A stretch of DNA of 64,000 bases from an uncultured Chloroflexia bacterium (GCA_963749705.1 CAVVNQ010000010.1:32001-96000); one strand, 5' to 3'; shown: positions 39,700-49,348, counted from the stretch's first letter. The notes: a model not told the origin generated them from the sequence alone. Numbers and translations are program-made.

Positions 39700-41322
39700 T
39701 CAGTGATCCGCGACCCGGCCGTGCCGGGCATCGAACACCGGGCGCTCCGAGCGGATCTCGGGCAGGTGGTCGAAGTTGTACGGGGGCGGCGGCGACGAGG
39801 TCGCCCATTCGAGCGTGTTCGCTCCCCACGGGTCGTCGCCGGCGATCTTGCCGCTGCGCAGCGAGACCAGCACGTTCCAGAAGAACGGCAGCATGCTGGT
39901 GGCGATGACGAACCCGCCGATGGTCGCCGCGAGGTTGAGCTCGCTCCAGCCCGCGTTGGCCGCGTAGTCGGCGATCCGCCGCGGCATCCCGGCCAGGCCC
40001 AGCTGGTGCATCGGGAAGAACGTCAGGTTGAAGCCCACGAACATGAGCACGAACTGGATCTTGCCCAGCGTCTCGTCGAGCATCCGGCCGGTCATCTTGG
40101 GGAACCAGTAGTAGATCCCGGCGAACACCCCGAACACGGAGCCGCCGAACAGCACGTAGTGCAGGTGCGCGACCACCCAGTAGGTGTCGTGGAGCGCAAA
40201 GTCCACCGGTACCGCCGCCGAGAACGCGCCGTTGAGGCCACCGATCAGGAACAGCGTCAGGAAGCCGATCGCGAACAGGAGCGGGGTCGCGAAGGTGAGC
40301 TTGCCCCGCCACAGGGTCGCGATCCAGTTGAACATCTTGACGCCCGTCGGGACGGCGATCAGGAACGTCATCAGGCTGAAGAACGGCAGGAACACCGAGC
40401 CCGTGGTGAACATGTGGTGGGCCCACACCGAGAAGCCGAGGGCGCCGATGCCGACCGTCGCGAACACGAACGCCTTGTAGCCGAACAGCGGCTTGCGCGA
40501 GAAGACGGGCAGCACCTCGGACACGATGCCCATCGCGGGCAGGATCATGATGTAGACCGCCGGGTGCGAGTAGAACCAGAACACGTTCTGGTACAGGACC
40601 GCCTGGCCGCCGTTCGCCGGATCGAAGAAGTTGCCGCCGTAGTTGCGGTCGATGAACAGCATGATCAGGGCGCTGGTGAGCACCGGCGTCGCCATCAGCA
40701 CGAGCACGCTCGTGACGAGCACCGTCCACACCAGGATCGGCATCCGGAACAGGGTCATGCCCGGCGCCCGCATCTTGAAGATCGTGACCAGGAAGTTGAC
40801 CGCGCCCAGGATGGAGCTGGTCCCGATCAGGGTGAGCCCCACGATCCACAGGTCCGTGCCCGCTCCGTTGAACTTCGCACCGGCCAGGGGCGGGTACTCC
40901 GTCCAGCCGGACGCCGCGGCGCCGCCCGAAGCGAGGAAGCCCGAGGCCATCAGGGCGCCACCCAGCGGCAGCAGCCAGAACGACAGCGCGTTGATCCGCG
41001 GGAACGCCATGTCCGGCGCCCCGATCTGGAGCGGGACGGCGTAGTTCCCGAACCCCGCCAGGATCGGGATGATGAACAGGAACAGCATGAACGAGGCGTG
41101 CATCGTGAACGCCTGGTTGTAGAACGACTCGCTCACGAGCTGCATCCCGGGCTGGGCGAGCTCGAGCCGGACGACCAGCGCGAGGATCCCTCCGGCCAGG
41201 AAGAACAGGATCGAGTTGACCAGGTACATGATCCCGATCTTCTTGTGATCGGTGGTCGTCAGCCATGCGTACAGGCCGCTTCGATAGGCTGGAGCGGCGG
41301 GGTTGAGGGTCGTCGTGGCCAT
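39700..41322 (-). CDS. ctaD: Cytochrome c oxidase subunit I, type A2
   Basis: TDHKKIG, AFPRIN, YSHPAVY, WAHHMF, VAHLHY, GMPRR. Confidence 0.97.
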   Translation of the reverse strand: MATTTLNPAAPAYRSGLYAWLTTTDHKKIGIMYLVNSILFFLAGGILALVVRLELAQPGMQLVSESFYNQAFTMHASFMLFLFIIPILAGFGNYAVPLQIGAPDMAFPRINALSFWLLPLGGALMASGFLASGGAAASGWTEYPPLAGAKFNGAGTDLWIVGLTLIGTSSILGAVNFLVTIFKMRAPGMTLFRMPILVWTVLVTSVLVLMATPVLTSALIMLFIDRNYGGNFFDPANGGQAVLYQNVFWFYSHPAVYIMILPAMGIVSEVLPVFSRKPLFGYKAFVFATVGIGALGFSVWAHHMFTTGSVFLPFFSLMTFLIAVPTGVKMFNWIATLWRGKLTFATPLLFAIGFLTLFLIGGLNGAFSAAVPVDFALHDTYWVVAHLHYVLFGGSVFGVFAGIYYWFPKMTGRMLDETLGKIQFVLMFVGFNLTFFPMHQLGLAGMPRRIADYAANAGWSELNLAATIGGFVIATSMLPFFWNVLVSLRSGKIAGDDPWGANTLEWATSSPPPPYNFDHLPEIRSERPVFDARHGRVADH

Positions 41323-41332
41323 CCCTGTTCCC

Positions 41333-42463
41333 TTACTGGACCGTGAGCGTGCCGGTCATGTTCGGATGAACGGTGCACTGGAAGGTGTAGGTGCCAGCCG
41401 TGAGGGCCGGGACGGAATAGTTGGTATCCGACGGGCCGGTGATGATGTCGCCCTTGAACGCGACCTTGCCGCTCCCGTCCTTGATCTCGACATCGTGCGG
41501 GACGCTGGCGTCGTCGTTCTTGAAATGGATCGTGAACGGCTGGCCGGCCGGCGCCTGGAGATCGCCCGTCGAGAACGCGATGTTCTGCGCGGCGAGCTCG
41601 ACCACGGGTCCCTCGGCGGCGCCCGACGCGGCCGGCGCCGGCGTCGCGCTCGCCGCCTCGATCTGCTGCTGGAGCCAGGTGTCGAAGTCCGCCTTCGGGA
41701 TCGCGTGGACGTCGAACACCATCGAGCCGTGGAACGGGCCGCACAGCTCCGCGCACTGACCTCGATACGTGCCGGCCTCATCCACGGTGAAGTCGAACGT
41801 GTTCGTCTTGCCCGGGATCACGTCCCGCTTGAACAGGAACTTGGGGACGTAGAACGCGTGGATCACGTCCAGGCTGCGGAGGCTCACCTGGACGGGCTCG
41901 CCCACGGGCAGGAACAGGCCGCCGGTGTCGCCCACCGGAAGCGCCTGCGAGAACAGCACCTTGGCATCGGGGCCATCGGGCCCGTCGAGGTAGTCGAACG
42001 ACCACTGGAACCGCGCGGCGACCGCGCGCACGTAGATGTCGCTGGGCGTCTTCGCATCGACCGTGTTGAGGGTCTGCCACGACATCACGAACAGGAACGC
42101 GACGATGACCGTCGGGATCGCGGTCCAGATGATCTCGACCAGGTTGTTGCCGTGGATCTGCGGCGGCAGCTCATCGTCGCCCGGCTTGCGTCGATAGCGG
42201 AAGACCGTGAACACGATCACGCCTTCGACCAGGATGAAGATCGCGGCCGCGATATAGAACACGATGTCGTACAGGGACTTGGTGCTGTGCGATCGATCGG
42301 TGACCCCGTCACCGCCGGCCACCGGGAAGAAGCTGTCCCAGACCCCGGACAGCGTCGCGCCCGACGCGTACAGGACGATCACGGCGACCGCGATGGCCAA
42401 CAGGATGAGCAGTCCGGCAACAAGGGCGCCGGACCCGGTCCTCGACCGGGGGGGCATCGACAT
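41333..42463 (-). CDS. ctaC: Cytochrome c oxidase subunit II with C-terminal cupredoxin fusion
   Basis: EIIWT, DVIHAF, CAELCGPFHGSM CuA site, then PHD...CTVHPNM; no CxxCH. Confidence 0.95.
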   Translation of the reverse strand: MSMPPRSRTGSGALVAGLLILLAIAVAVIVLYASGATLSGVWDSFFPVAGGDGVTDRSHSTKSLYDIVFYIAAAIFILVEGVIVFTVFRYRRKPGDDELPPQIHGNNLVEIIWTAIPTVIVAFLFVMSWQTLNTVDAKTPSDIYVRAVAARFQWSFDYLDGPDGPDAKVLFSQALPVGDTGGLFLPVGEPVQVSLRSLDVIHAFYVPKFLFKRDVIPGKTNTFDFTVDEAGTYRGQCAELCGPFHGSMVFDVHAIPKADFDTWLQQQIEAASATPAPAASGAAEGPVVELAAQNIAFSTGDLQAPAGQPFTIHFKNDDASVPHDVEIKDGSGKVAFKGDIITGPSDTNYSVPALTAGTYTFQCTVHPNMTGTLTVQ

Positions 42464-42497
42464 CGGGTTCCTCGTATGTTCTTGCCGCGATCAACGT

Positions 42498-42511
42498 TTG
42501 ACCGCGGTCAA
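42498..42511. promoter_or_regulatory. FNR/Crp-family-like palindrome upstream of ctaC
   Basis: TTGAC-CGCG-GTCAA; TATGAT -10 candidate on minus strand at 42573-42578. Confidence 0.5.
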
Positions 42512-42685
42512 GCAGCTGGAGGTCGCCGTCCGGGGACGCGCGCCGCCCGGAAAGGGGGCGCCGGACGCGCGCATCATACAAGAGGATCGCGGCGCGGGGG
42601 GTCCGGATGGACCATCCACCCCTGCCGAATGGCAGGTGGGGCGCCCGCGGCGGGGTCGTGTCGCGAATCGCGGGACAATACGGGC

Positions 42686-43797
42686 GTGATTCCTCATCTG
42701 CAGCGACCGCCCGATCGCCCCGCCCGCGCCCTCACGTCCGTCGCGCGACCGGCCCTGGTCGTCGTCCGGTCGGCCGGGTCGGTCGGCGCGCGCGTCATCG
42801 GCCTCCTGCTCGCGGTCGCGAGCGGCCTGCTGCTCGCCGTGCCCGTCGCGCTCGCCCACGGAGGCCGGCAGCTGGGCGAGCCGACGGCGCTCTCGTTCCT
42901 GCTCGACTGGTCGTTCGATCCCACCGTGTGGCTGCCGGCGCTGGCCGCCATCCTGCTGTGGCGGGCCGGCGTCAGCCGTGTCAACCGGGCGCATCCCGGA
43001 ACCCGGTGCCGCGCGCCCGCACCGTTGCCTGGCTCGCGGGGATCGGCACCATCCTCTTCGCGCTGGACTCGGGGGTCGGCCTGTACGACACGACGCTGTT
43101 CTCGGACCACATGGTCCAGCACCTGCTGCTGACGCTGATCGCCCCGCCGCTGCTCCTGTACGCGGGGCCGATCACGCTGATCCTGCGCGCGACCTCGGCC
43201 GAGACGCGGCATCGCTGGATCCTGCCGGTCCTGCACTCGCGCGTGCTGCGGGCACTGTCGTTCCCGGTCGTCGCCGCGGTCCTGTTCGCGGCGGTCATGT
43301 GGGGAACCCACTTCTCGCCGCTGTTCGACCTGTCGCTCGAGAACGTGCCGGTCCACATGCTGGAGCACGCCCTGTTCCTGGGTTCGGCGCTGCTGTTCTG
43401 GTGGCCGATCGTCGGCCCGGACCCGTCACCCTGGCGGATGAGCTCCGCGGTCCGGATCATGTACGCCGGCATCCAGATGCCACAGATGACGTTCCTCGCG
43501 GTCGCCGTCTACATGGCGTCCACCCCGCTCTACCACCACTACGCGACGATCGTGCGCGCGTGGGGCCCGACGCCGCTCGAGGACCAGCAGCTGGCGGGCG
43601 CCATCATGTGGCTGGGCGGCGACTTCGCGTTCCTCGCCACCGTGCTCCTGCTGGTCGCGGTCTGGATGCGTGACGAGGAGCGGCGGACGGTCGGCGAGGA
43701 GCGCCGCCTGGAGCCGCAGCGGGCCGCGATCCGGGAGCGCGAGATCGCGCTTGCGGCGCGTCGGGCCGCGGAAGCCGGGGAGCGGGGCGGTTCCTAG
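42686..43797 (+). pseudogene. ctaG: Cytochrome c oxidase assembly factor CtaG, frameshifted near 42998 (likely assembly indel)
   Basis: N-part AHGG...WSFDP...VNRAHP in one frame, NPVPRAR...HMVQHLLL...DQQLAGAIMW in another. Confidence 0.8.
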
Positions 43798-44801
43798 GCG
43801 TTGCGCGGGATCGGCGCCTCGAGGTAGGCCCGGTACCGGTCGGGATCCACGTTGCCGCCGGACACGACGCCGACGATGGATCCATCGATCCCCGTCAGCC
43901 CGGCCTCCCGTGCATGGAACCGCATCGCGGCGATGGACAGGGCGCCGGACGGCTCGACCACGAGCCGGGCCTCCTCCGCGGCCAGCCGCACGGCGGCGGC
44001 AATCTCGTCCTCGCTGACCACCACGACCGCATCGAGCTGTGCGCGCAGGTGGGCGAAGTTGAGGCGGCCGATCGACTGCGTCCGGGTGCCGTCGGCGATC
44101 GTGCGGCTCACCTTCTCGGCCGGCCAGGCGACGATCCGGTCCTGCGCGAGCGAGTCCCGTGCGTCGGCGGCGAGCGCCGGCTCGACGCCGATCAACCGTG
44201 CAGCCGGGGCGAGCGCGGTGATCGCCGCGCACACGCCGGCGGCAAGGCCGCCGCCACCGATCGGCACCAGGACCGCCGCCACGTCGGGCATGTCCTCCGC
44301 GATCTCGAGGCCGACCGTGCCCTGGCCGGCCACGATGCGAGCATCGTCGTAGGGCGGGATGATCGCCAGGCCACGCGCCGCGGCAATCTCCTCCGCGATG
44401 CGCCGACGCTCCTCGCTCGCCGTACCGACGACGACGATCTCGGCGCCGTCCGCCTCGACCCTCGCTCGCTTGAGCGCGGGAGCGTCCGACGGCATCACGA
44501 TCACGGCCGGGACGCCGAACAGCCGCGCGGCGCGGGCGACGCCCTGGGCATGGTTGCCCGATGAGTAGGTGATCAGCCCGTTCGCCCGCTCCTCGGTCGA
44601 CAGGGCGGCCGCCGCCGCATAGGCCCCGCGCAGCTTGAACGCGCCGATCGGCTGGAGCGACTCGGCCTTGAGCCACTGGCGCAGCTCCGGGCGCCCGAAC
44701 GGCACCAGCGGCGTCCGGAGCGCGACGCCCCGCAGCGCCTCGGCGGCGGCGCGGATGGCGGGCAGCTCGACGAGGTCCGGCAGGGGACGCTCGTCGGTCA
44801 T
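43794..44801 (-). CDS. Threonine/serine dehydratase (PLP)
   Basis: KAESLQPIGAFKLRG, SSGNHAQG, PIGGGGL, SGGN. Confidence 0.93.
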   Translation of the reverse strand: MTDERPLPDLVELPAIRAAAEALRGVALRTPLVPFGRPELRQWLKAESLQPIGAFKLRGAYAAAAALSTEERANGLITYSSGNHAQGVARAARLFGVPAVIVMPSDAPALKRARVEADGAEIVVVGTASEERRRIAEEIAAARGLAIIPPYDDARIVAGQGTVGLEIAEDMPDVAAVLVPIGGGGLAAGVCAAITALAPAARLIGVEPALAADARDSLAQDRIVAWPAEKVSRTIADGTRTQSIGRLNFAHLRAQLDAVVVVSEDEIAAAVRLAAEEARLVVEPSGALSIAAMRFHAREAGLTGIDGSIVGVVSGGNVDPDRYRAYLEAPIPRNA

Positions 44802-45142
44802 CGACGTGGGACGGCGCGCTGGCACTCGATGCACAGGGCGGCCCAGGGCAGCGCGTCGAGCCGCTGTTCACCGACGGCCCGGTGGCACGAGGTGCAGCGT
44901 CCGAAGGTGCCGGCCTCGAGGCGCTCGAGGGCGGCCTCGACGGCCGCCAGGTGCTGCTCGTTGCGATCGCGCAGGGCGAGATCGCGCTGCTGGTCGACGA
45001 CGTGGCTGGCCGCCGCGGCCTGCGAGCCGTAGGTCATCGGGCCCGGCGCCTCGATCCGGAGCTCCCTGAGCTCGCCGACGACCCGGGCCCGCTCGGCCAG
45101 GAGCGCGGCGCGGCGGTCGGCGATGGTGGTCGGATCGTCCAT
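44798..45142 (-). CDS. TraR/DksA C4-type zinc finger protein
   Basis: ALERLEAGTFGRCTSC...RLDALPWAALCIEC. Confidence 0.88.
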   Translation of the reverse strand: MDDPTTIADRRAALLAERARVVGELRELRIEAPGPMTYGSQAAAASHVVDQQRDLALRDRNEQHLAAVEAALERLEAGTFGRCTSCHRAVGEQRLDALPWAALCIECQRAVPRR

Positions 45143-45260
45143 GGTGGCCGATGCTACAACCCGGCCGTCCGCACGGTGGAGGGCCGTTCGGCCGATCCAT
45201 TCGGGCTGCGGTAGCCTCGATGCCAGCATCGACAACCGACTGAACCCACTGGAGATCGCG

Positions 45261-45434
45261 ATGGCCATCGTCAAGGACCCTGTATGCGGCATGGACGTCG
45301 ACACCGAGACGTCGCAGCTGTCGCTGGAGCACGACGGCAAGACCTACTGGTTCTGCGGCAAGGGCTGCCTGCTCGAGTTCAAGGACGATCCCGAGAAGTA
45401 CCTCGATCCGGCGTACGAACCCCAGGGCATGTGA
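45261..45434 (+). CDS. YHS domain protein
   Basis: KDPVCGM...GKTYWFCGKGC...F..DPEKY; GGAG SD. Confidence 0.88.
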   Translation: MAIVKDPVCGMDVDTETSQLSLEHDGKTYWFCGKGCLLEFKDDPEKYLDPAYEPQGM

Positions 45435-45464
45435 CACCGGCATCGTAGGAGGACGACCCCTCGC

Positions 45465-47252
45465 ATGTGCGGTGTCTTTGGCTACGTCACGAACCGGGAC
45501 GTGGCTCTCGGGCCGATCCTGGTCGAGGCCGCCCAGCGGCTCACCTACCGCGGCTACGACTCGGTGGGAGCCGCCACCTTCCGCGACGGCGCGATCGACC
45601 TGCGCAAGGACGTCGGCAAGGTGGATGCGGTGGCCGAGCGCCACGGCCTGCGCGAGATGCGTGGCAGCCGCGGGATCACGCAGCTGCGCTGGGCCACCTT
45701 CGGCGAGCCGTCGCCGCGCAACGCCCAGCCGCACCTCGACTCGGACGGCGGGATGTGCGGCGCCCACAACGGCAACGTGGTCAACAACCTCGAGCTGATG
45801 GCCGAGTTCACGGCCGAGGGCATGACCGTCCGCTCCGAGAATGACGGCGAGACCTGCGTCCACGCGGTGGAGCGCTACCTCCGGCGCGGCGAGGCGCCCA
45901 TCGACGCGATCCGCCATGCCTACGACGACCTCGCGGGCGACTACGCCTTCGTCATCGGCCGGGCGCAGGACGATCGCCTGTACGCGTTCAAGAAGGGCTC
46001 GGGGATGGTCGTCGGCATCGGCGACGGCTTCACCTGCGTGTCGTCGGACCTGCCGTCGATCCTGCCCCTCACCCGGCGTGTCGTTCGTCCGCGCGACGGC
46101 GAGATCGTGACGCTGTGGGCGGACCGTGTCGAGGTCCGCTCGGTCGCGGACGGGGGCCTCGTCGACCGACCGGTCGAGCTCGTCACCGAGACCATGGAGG
46201 CGGCCCAGAAGGGTGGCTACCCACACTTCATGGCCAAGGAGATCCACGAGCAGCCGCAGGTCGCTCGCGAGCTGCTCCACCTGCTCGACGCGAGCGCCGA
46301 TGTCGCGCCGCTCGTGGAGCAGATGCGGAGCGCGCGCAATCTCTTCCTCGTCGCCTGTGGCACCAGCTACCACGCAGCGATGCTCGGCTCGGTATACCTC
46401 GCGCAGCTCGCCGGGCGCGTGGCGATCCCGGTCCTCGCGCCCCAGTTCATCGCCCAGTACGCCCCGGGGGTCGGGCCGGGCGACGTTGGCATCTTCGTGA
46501 GCCAATCGGGCGAGACCAAGGACGTGCTCAACGCGCTCGAGGCAGCGGAGCGCCGGGGGATGACCAGCTTCGGCCTGGCCAACGTCGTCGGCTCGGCGCT
46601 GACGCGCGAGACGCGCCTGTGCCTGCCGCTGGGCTGCGGCTTCGAGATCAGCGTGCCGGCCACCAAGACGTTCACCAACCAGGTGATCGCGTTCCTGTAC
46701 CTCGCCCATCGGCTGGCGGAGCGCGACCTGGCGCCGCTCGCGAGCGTTCCGGACCTGATCGAGGCGACGATCGCGTCAGTTGCGGCGCAGGTCGAGGCCC
46801 TCGCGGCCGAGCTGGCCGACCACGACGATCTCTACTGCCTCGGCTACGGAGCCACCTACCCCATCGCGCTCGAGGGCGCCCTCAAGCTCAAGGAGGTCAC
46901 CTACGCCCACTGCGAGGGGATGCTTTCGACCGAGTTCAAGCATGGACCCCTGTCTGCCGTGAGCGCGGGCTACCCGATCCTGTTCGCGGCCGGCCCCGAC
47001 GACGTCCAGCTCATCGTCAGCGGCATCAACGAGGTCAGGGTGCGCGGGGCGCGGACGATCACGATCGCCCAGGAGGATGCGCGCCTCCGTGCCAACGGCG
47101 ACGACCTGATCCCGCTCCCGGCCGCCGACCCCCAGGTGACCGCGCTGCTCGCCGTGCTGCCGCTCCAGCTGCTCGCGTACCACATGAGCGTGCTGCGCGG
47201 CTTCGACCCCGATTTCCCGCGCAACCTGTCCAAGACGCTGACCGTCGACTGA
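45465..47252 (+). CDS. glmS: Glutamine--fructose-6-phosphate transaminase (divergent)
   Basis: MCG start, YRGYDS, HNG, SQSGET, EGALKLKE, KHGP, PRNLSK. Confidence 0.9.
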   Translation: MCGVFGYVTNRDVALGPILVEAAQRLTYRGYDSVGAATFRDGAIDLRKDVGKVDAVAERHGLREMRGSRGITQLRWATFGEPSPRNAQPHLDSDGGMCGAHNGNVVNNLELMAEFTAEGMTVRSENDGETCVHAVERYLRRGEAPIDAIRHAYDDLAGDYAFVIGRAQDDRLYAFKKGSGMVVGIGDGFTCVSSDLPSILPLTRRVVRPRDGEIVTLWADRVEVRSVADGGLVDRPVELVTETMEAAQKGGYPHFMAKEIHEQPQVARELLHLLDASADVAPLVEQMRSARNLFLVACGTSYHAAMLGSVYLAQLAGRVAIPVLAPQFIAQYAPGVGPGDVGIFVSQSGETKDVLNALEAAERRGMTSFGLANVVGSALTRETRLCLPLGCGFEISVPATKTFTNQVIAFLYLAHRLAERDLAPLASVPDLIEATIASVAAQVEALAAELADHDDLYCLGYGATYPIALEGALKLKEVTYAHCEGMLSTEFKHGPLSAVSAGYPILFAAGPDDVQLIVSGINEVRVRGARTITIAQEDARLRANGDDLIPLPAADPQVTALLAVLPLQLLAYHMSVLRGFDPDFPRNLSKTLTVD

Positions 47253-47433
47253 CGGCGGCGGCAGGCGGACCCGAGACCGGCGACCCTGGCACATTCGAGC
47301 AACGGTCCAGCACGCGTAAGTCGCAGATAAGCGGCGCGCGCGATGCTGCCAGCCCGCACCCATCGATCGGGCACTCCTCGGAGGGATCGGCGCGTGCGGT
47401 CGATGCCTGGCCCGCCGGGTGGAGGTTGTGCCC

Positions 47434-47532
47434 ATGGACGCCGTTGTGCGCCGTGTCCTCGCCGTCCGAATTGGTGCGCCGGCGCTCGCGCTCGCGCTGG
47501 CCGTCCTCATCGAGGGAGCCAAGCGATGGTGA
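47434..47532 (+). CDS. 32-aa hydrophobic peptide ending GAKRW (copy 1)
   Basis: GGAGG SD; MDAVVRRVLAVRIGAPALALALAVLIEGAKRW-stop; similar peptide at 57518-57616. Confidence 0.65.
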   Translation: MDAVVRRVLAVRIGAPALALALAVLIEGAKRW

Positions 47533-47625
47533 CCGCCAGTCCTGACCTGGGTCGCTGCGAGCACGGCCGCCGCTGGTAGCCCGGCGCCATCGCTCGGGCT
47601 CGGGCCCGCCGCCGGTGTCCCCGGA

Positions 47626-48423
47626 TCAGCCGCGCCCGCCCGCGATCGCACCGCCGTCGGACGTGATCCGCGAGGCGAGGTAGACCGGGATCACGGACAG
47701 CAGGATCGCGACCATCCCGGCGACGTTCACCAGCGGAACCTGGTTGGCGAGCCGGAAGCTCTGGAAGATCCAGATCGGGAGCGTCCGGGTCCCGCCAGCG
47801 GTGAAGATCGTCACGATCACCTCGTCGAAGGAGAGGGCGAACGCCAGCAGGCCGCCGGCGATCAGCGCGCTGCGGATCGCGGGAAACGTGATCTTGCGGA
47901 AGGTCATGAACGTGTCCGCGCCCAGGTCCGCGGACGCCTCCTCGAACGAGCGCGAGACCCGCCGCAGTCGGGCGATCACGTTGTTGTAGACGAGCACGAT
48001 GCAGAACGTCCCGTGGCCGACCACGATCGCCGCCATGCCCAGCGGAAAGCCCACCGTCGCGAACGTCGTGCTGAGCGCCATCCCGGTCACGATCCCGGGC
48101 AGCGCGATCGGGAAGATGACGACGAACGAGATGGTCTCGCGACCGAAGAACCGATACCGGGCCACCGCGAGCGCCGCCAGCGTCCCCAGCACGAGCGCGA
48201 TCGCCGTGGCGCCCAGGGCGACGGTCACCGACGTCATGAACGCCTCGCGCAGGCCGGTGTTCGCCAGCGCATCGAGCAACCAGGTCGTCGTGAACCCGGA
48301 CGGCGGCCACGCGGACGTGCCGCTCGAGTTGAACGCATAGACGACGACCAGCAGCAGCGGCACGTAGATGAACGCGAGCACGAGGGCGGTGATCGAGCGG
48401 AGCAGGAACCTTGCCGCCATCAC
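47626..48423 (-). CDS. potC: Polyamine ABC permease
   Basis: FEEASADLGA, SFDEVIVT, TLPIWI. Confidence 0.88.
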   Translation of the reverse strand: MMAARFLLRSITALVLAFIYVPLLLVVVYAFNSSGTSAWPPSGFTTTWLLDALANTGLREAFMTSVTVALGATAIALVLGTLAALAVARYRFFGRETISFVVIFPIALPGIVTGMALSTTFATVGFPLGMAAIVVGHGTFCIVLVYNNVIARLRRVSRSFEEASADLGADTFMTFRKITFPAIRSALIAGGLLAFALSFDEVIVTIFTAGGTRTLPIWIFQSFRLANQVPLVNVAGMVAILLSVIPVYLASRITSDGGAIAGGRG

Positions 48424-49328
48424 AGCGCCTCGAACGCGCCCAGCCGGCGGGCCACGACCAGGTACACGGTCATGATCAGCAGGGGCACCAGCGCGAATGC
48501 TGCGGCCAGGGGGAAGTTGCCCGCGCCGAAGTTCGCGTAGATCACGTTGCCGATGAACTGCGTCGTCGAGATCAGTCCCGGCACGATGTAGTCACCGAGC
48601 GTCAGGCTGAACGTGAAGATCGAGCCCGCGACGACGGCCGGCAGCGTCAGCGGCAGGATGACCCGGCGGAACGTCATCCAGGACCGGCCGCCGAGGTCGG
48701 CGGACGCTTCGAGCAGCGAGGTTGGGATCCGCTCGAGGCCGGCATACACCGGCAGGATCATGTACGGCAGCCACAGGTAGGTGAACACGAGCCACGGCCC
48801 GATCAGGTTGTCGCCCAGCCCCGGCCCGCTCAGCCCCAACGGCCGCAGCAGCCAGTTGAGGACGCCGTCGTTGGACAGGATCAGCCGCCATGTGTACGCC
48901 TTGACGAGGTAGCTCGCCCACAGCGGCATCAGGACCGCGACGACCAGCAGCCCGCGCGTCCGCGGCGATGCGATGCGGGCCATGTAGTAGGCGATGGGGA
49001 ACGCCAGCACGGCGCATGTCGCCGTGACCGCGGCGGCCATCCCGACCGTCCGCAGCGTGACCAGGCGGTAGGTGTCGCTGGTCAGCAGCTCGGTGAAGTT
49101 GTCGAGCGTGAACTCACGGATCACGAGGCTCGTGAACGGATCGCGACCCCAGAACGCGTTGAGGAACAGGATCAGCAGCGATCCCAGGTAGGCGATGCCC
49201 AGCCAGGCGAGGGGCGCAGAGAGCAGGCCGGCCAGGCGGGCGCCGGCGTGATGGTGCAGCCAGCCGGCCAGCCGGCGTCGCGGTCCGGTGGCCGGCGGGG
49301 CGGGCGCGGAAGCTTCCTGGTTGGTCAT
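48420..49328 (-). CDS. potB: Polyamine ABC permease
   Basis: LLEASADLG, WLPYMILPVY, LGDYIVP. Confidence 0.88.
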   Translation of the reverse strand: MTNQEASAPAPPATGPRRRLAGWLHHHAGARLAGLLSAPLAWLGIAYLGSLLILFLNAFWGRDPFTSLVIREFTLDNFTELLTSDTYRLVTLRTVGMAAAVTATCAVLAFPIAYYMARIASPRTRGLLVVAVLMPLWASYLVKAYTWRLILSNDGVLNWLLRPLGLSGPGLGDNLIGPWLVFTYLWLPYMILPVYAGLERIPTSLLEASADLGGRSWMTFRRVILPLTLPAVVAGSIFTFSLTLGDYIVPGLISTTQFIGNVIYANFGAGNFPLAAAFALVPLLIMTVYLVVARRLGAFEAL

Positions 49329-49348
49329 CAGCTGGTTCGCGGGGATCC

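Noticed and set aside
45435-45464. glmS ribozyme upstream of glmS
   Set aside because: Only 30 nt separate the YHS gene and glmS, and no ribozyme core is visible.
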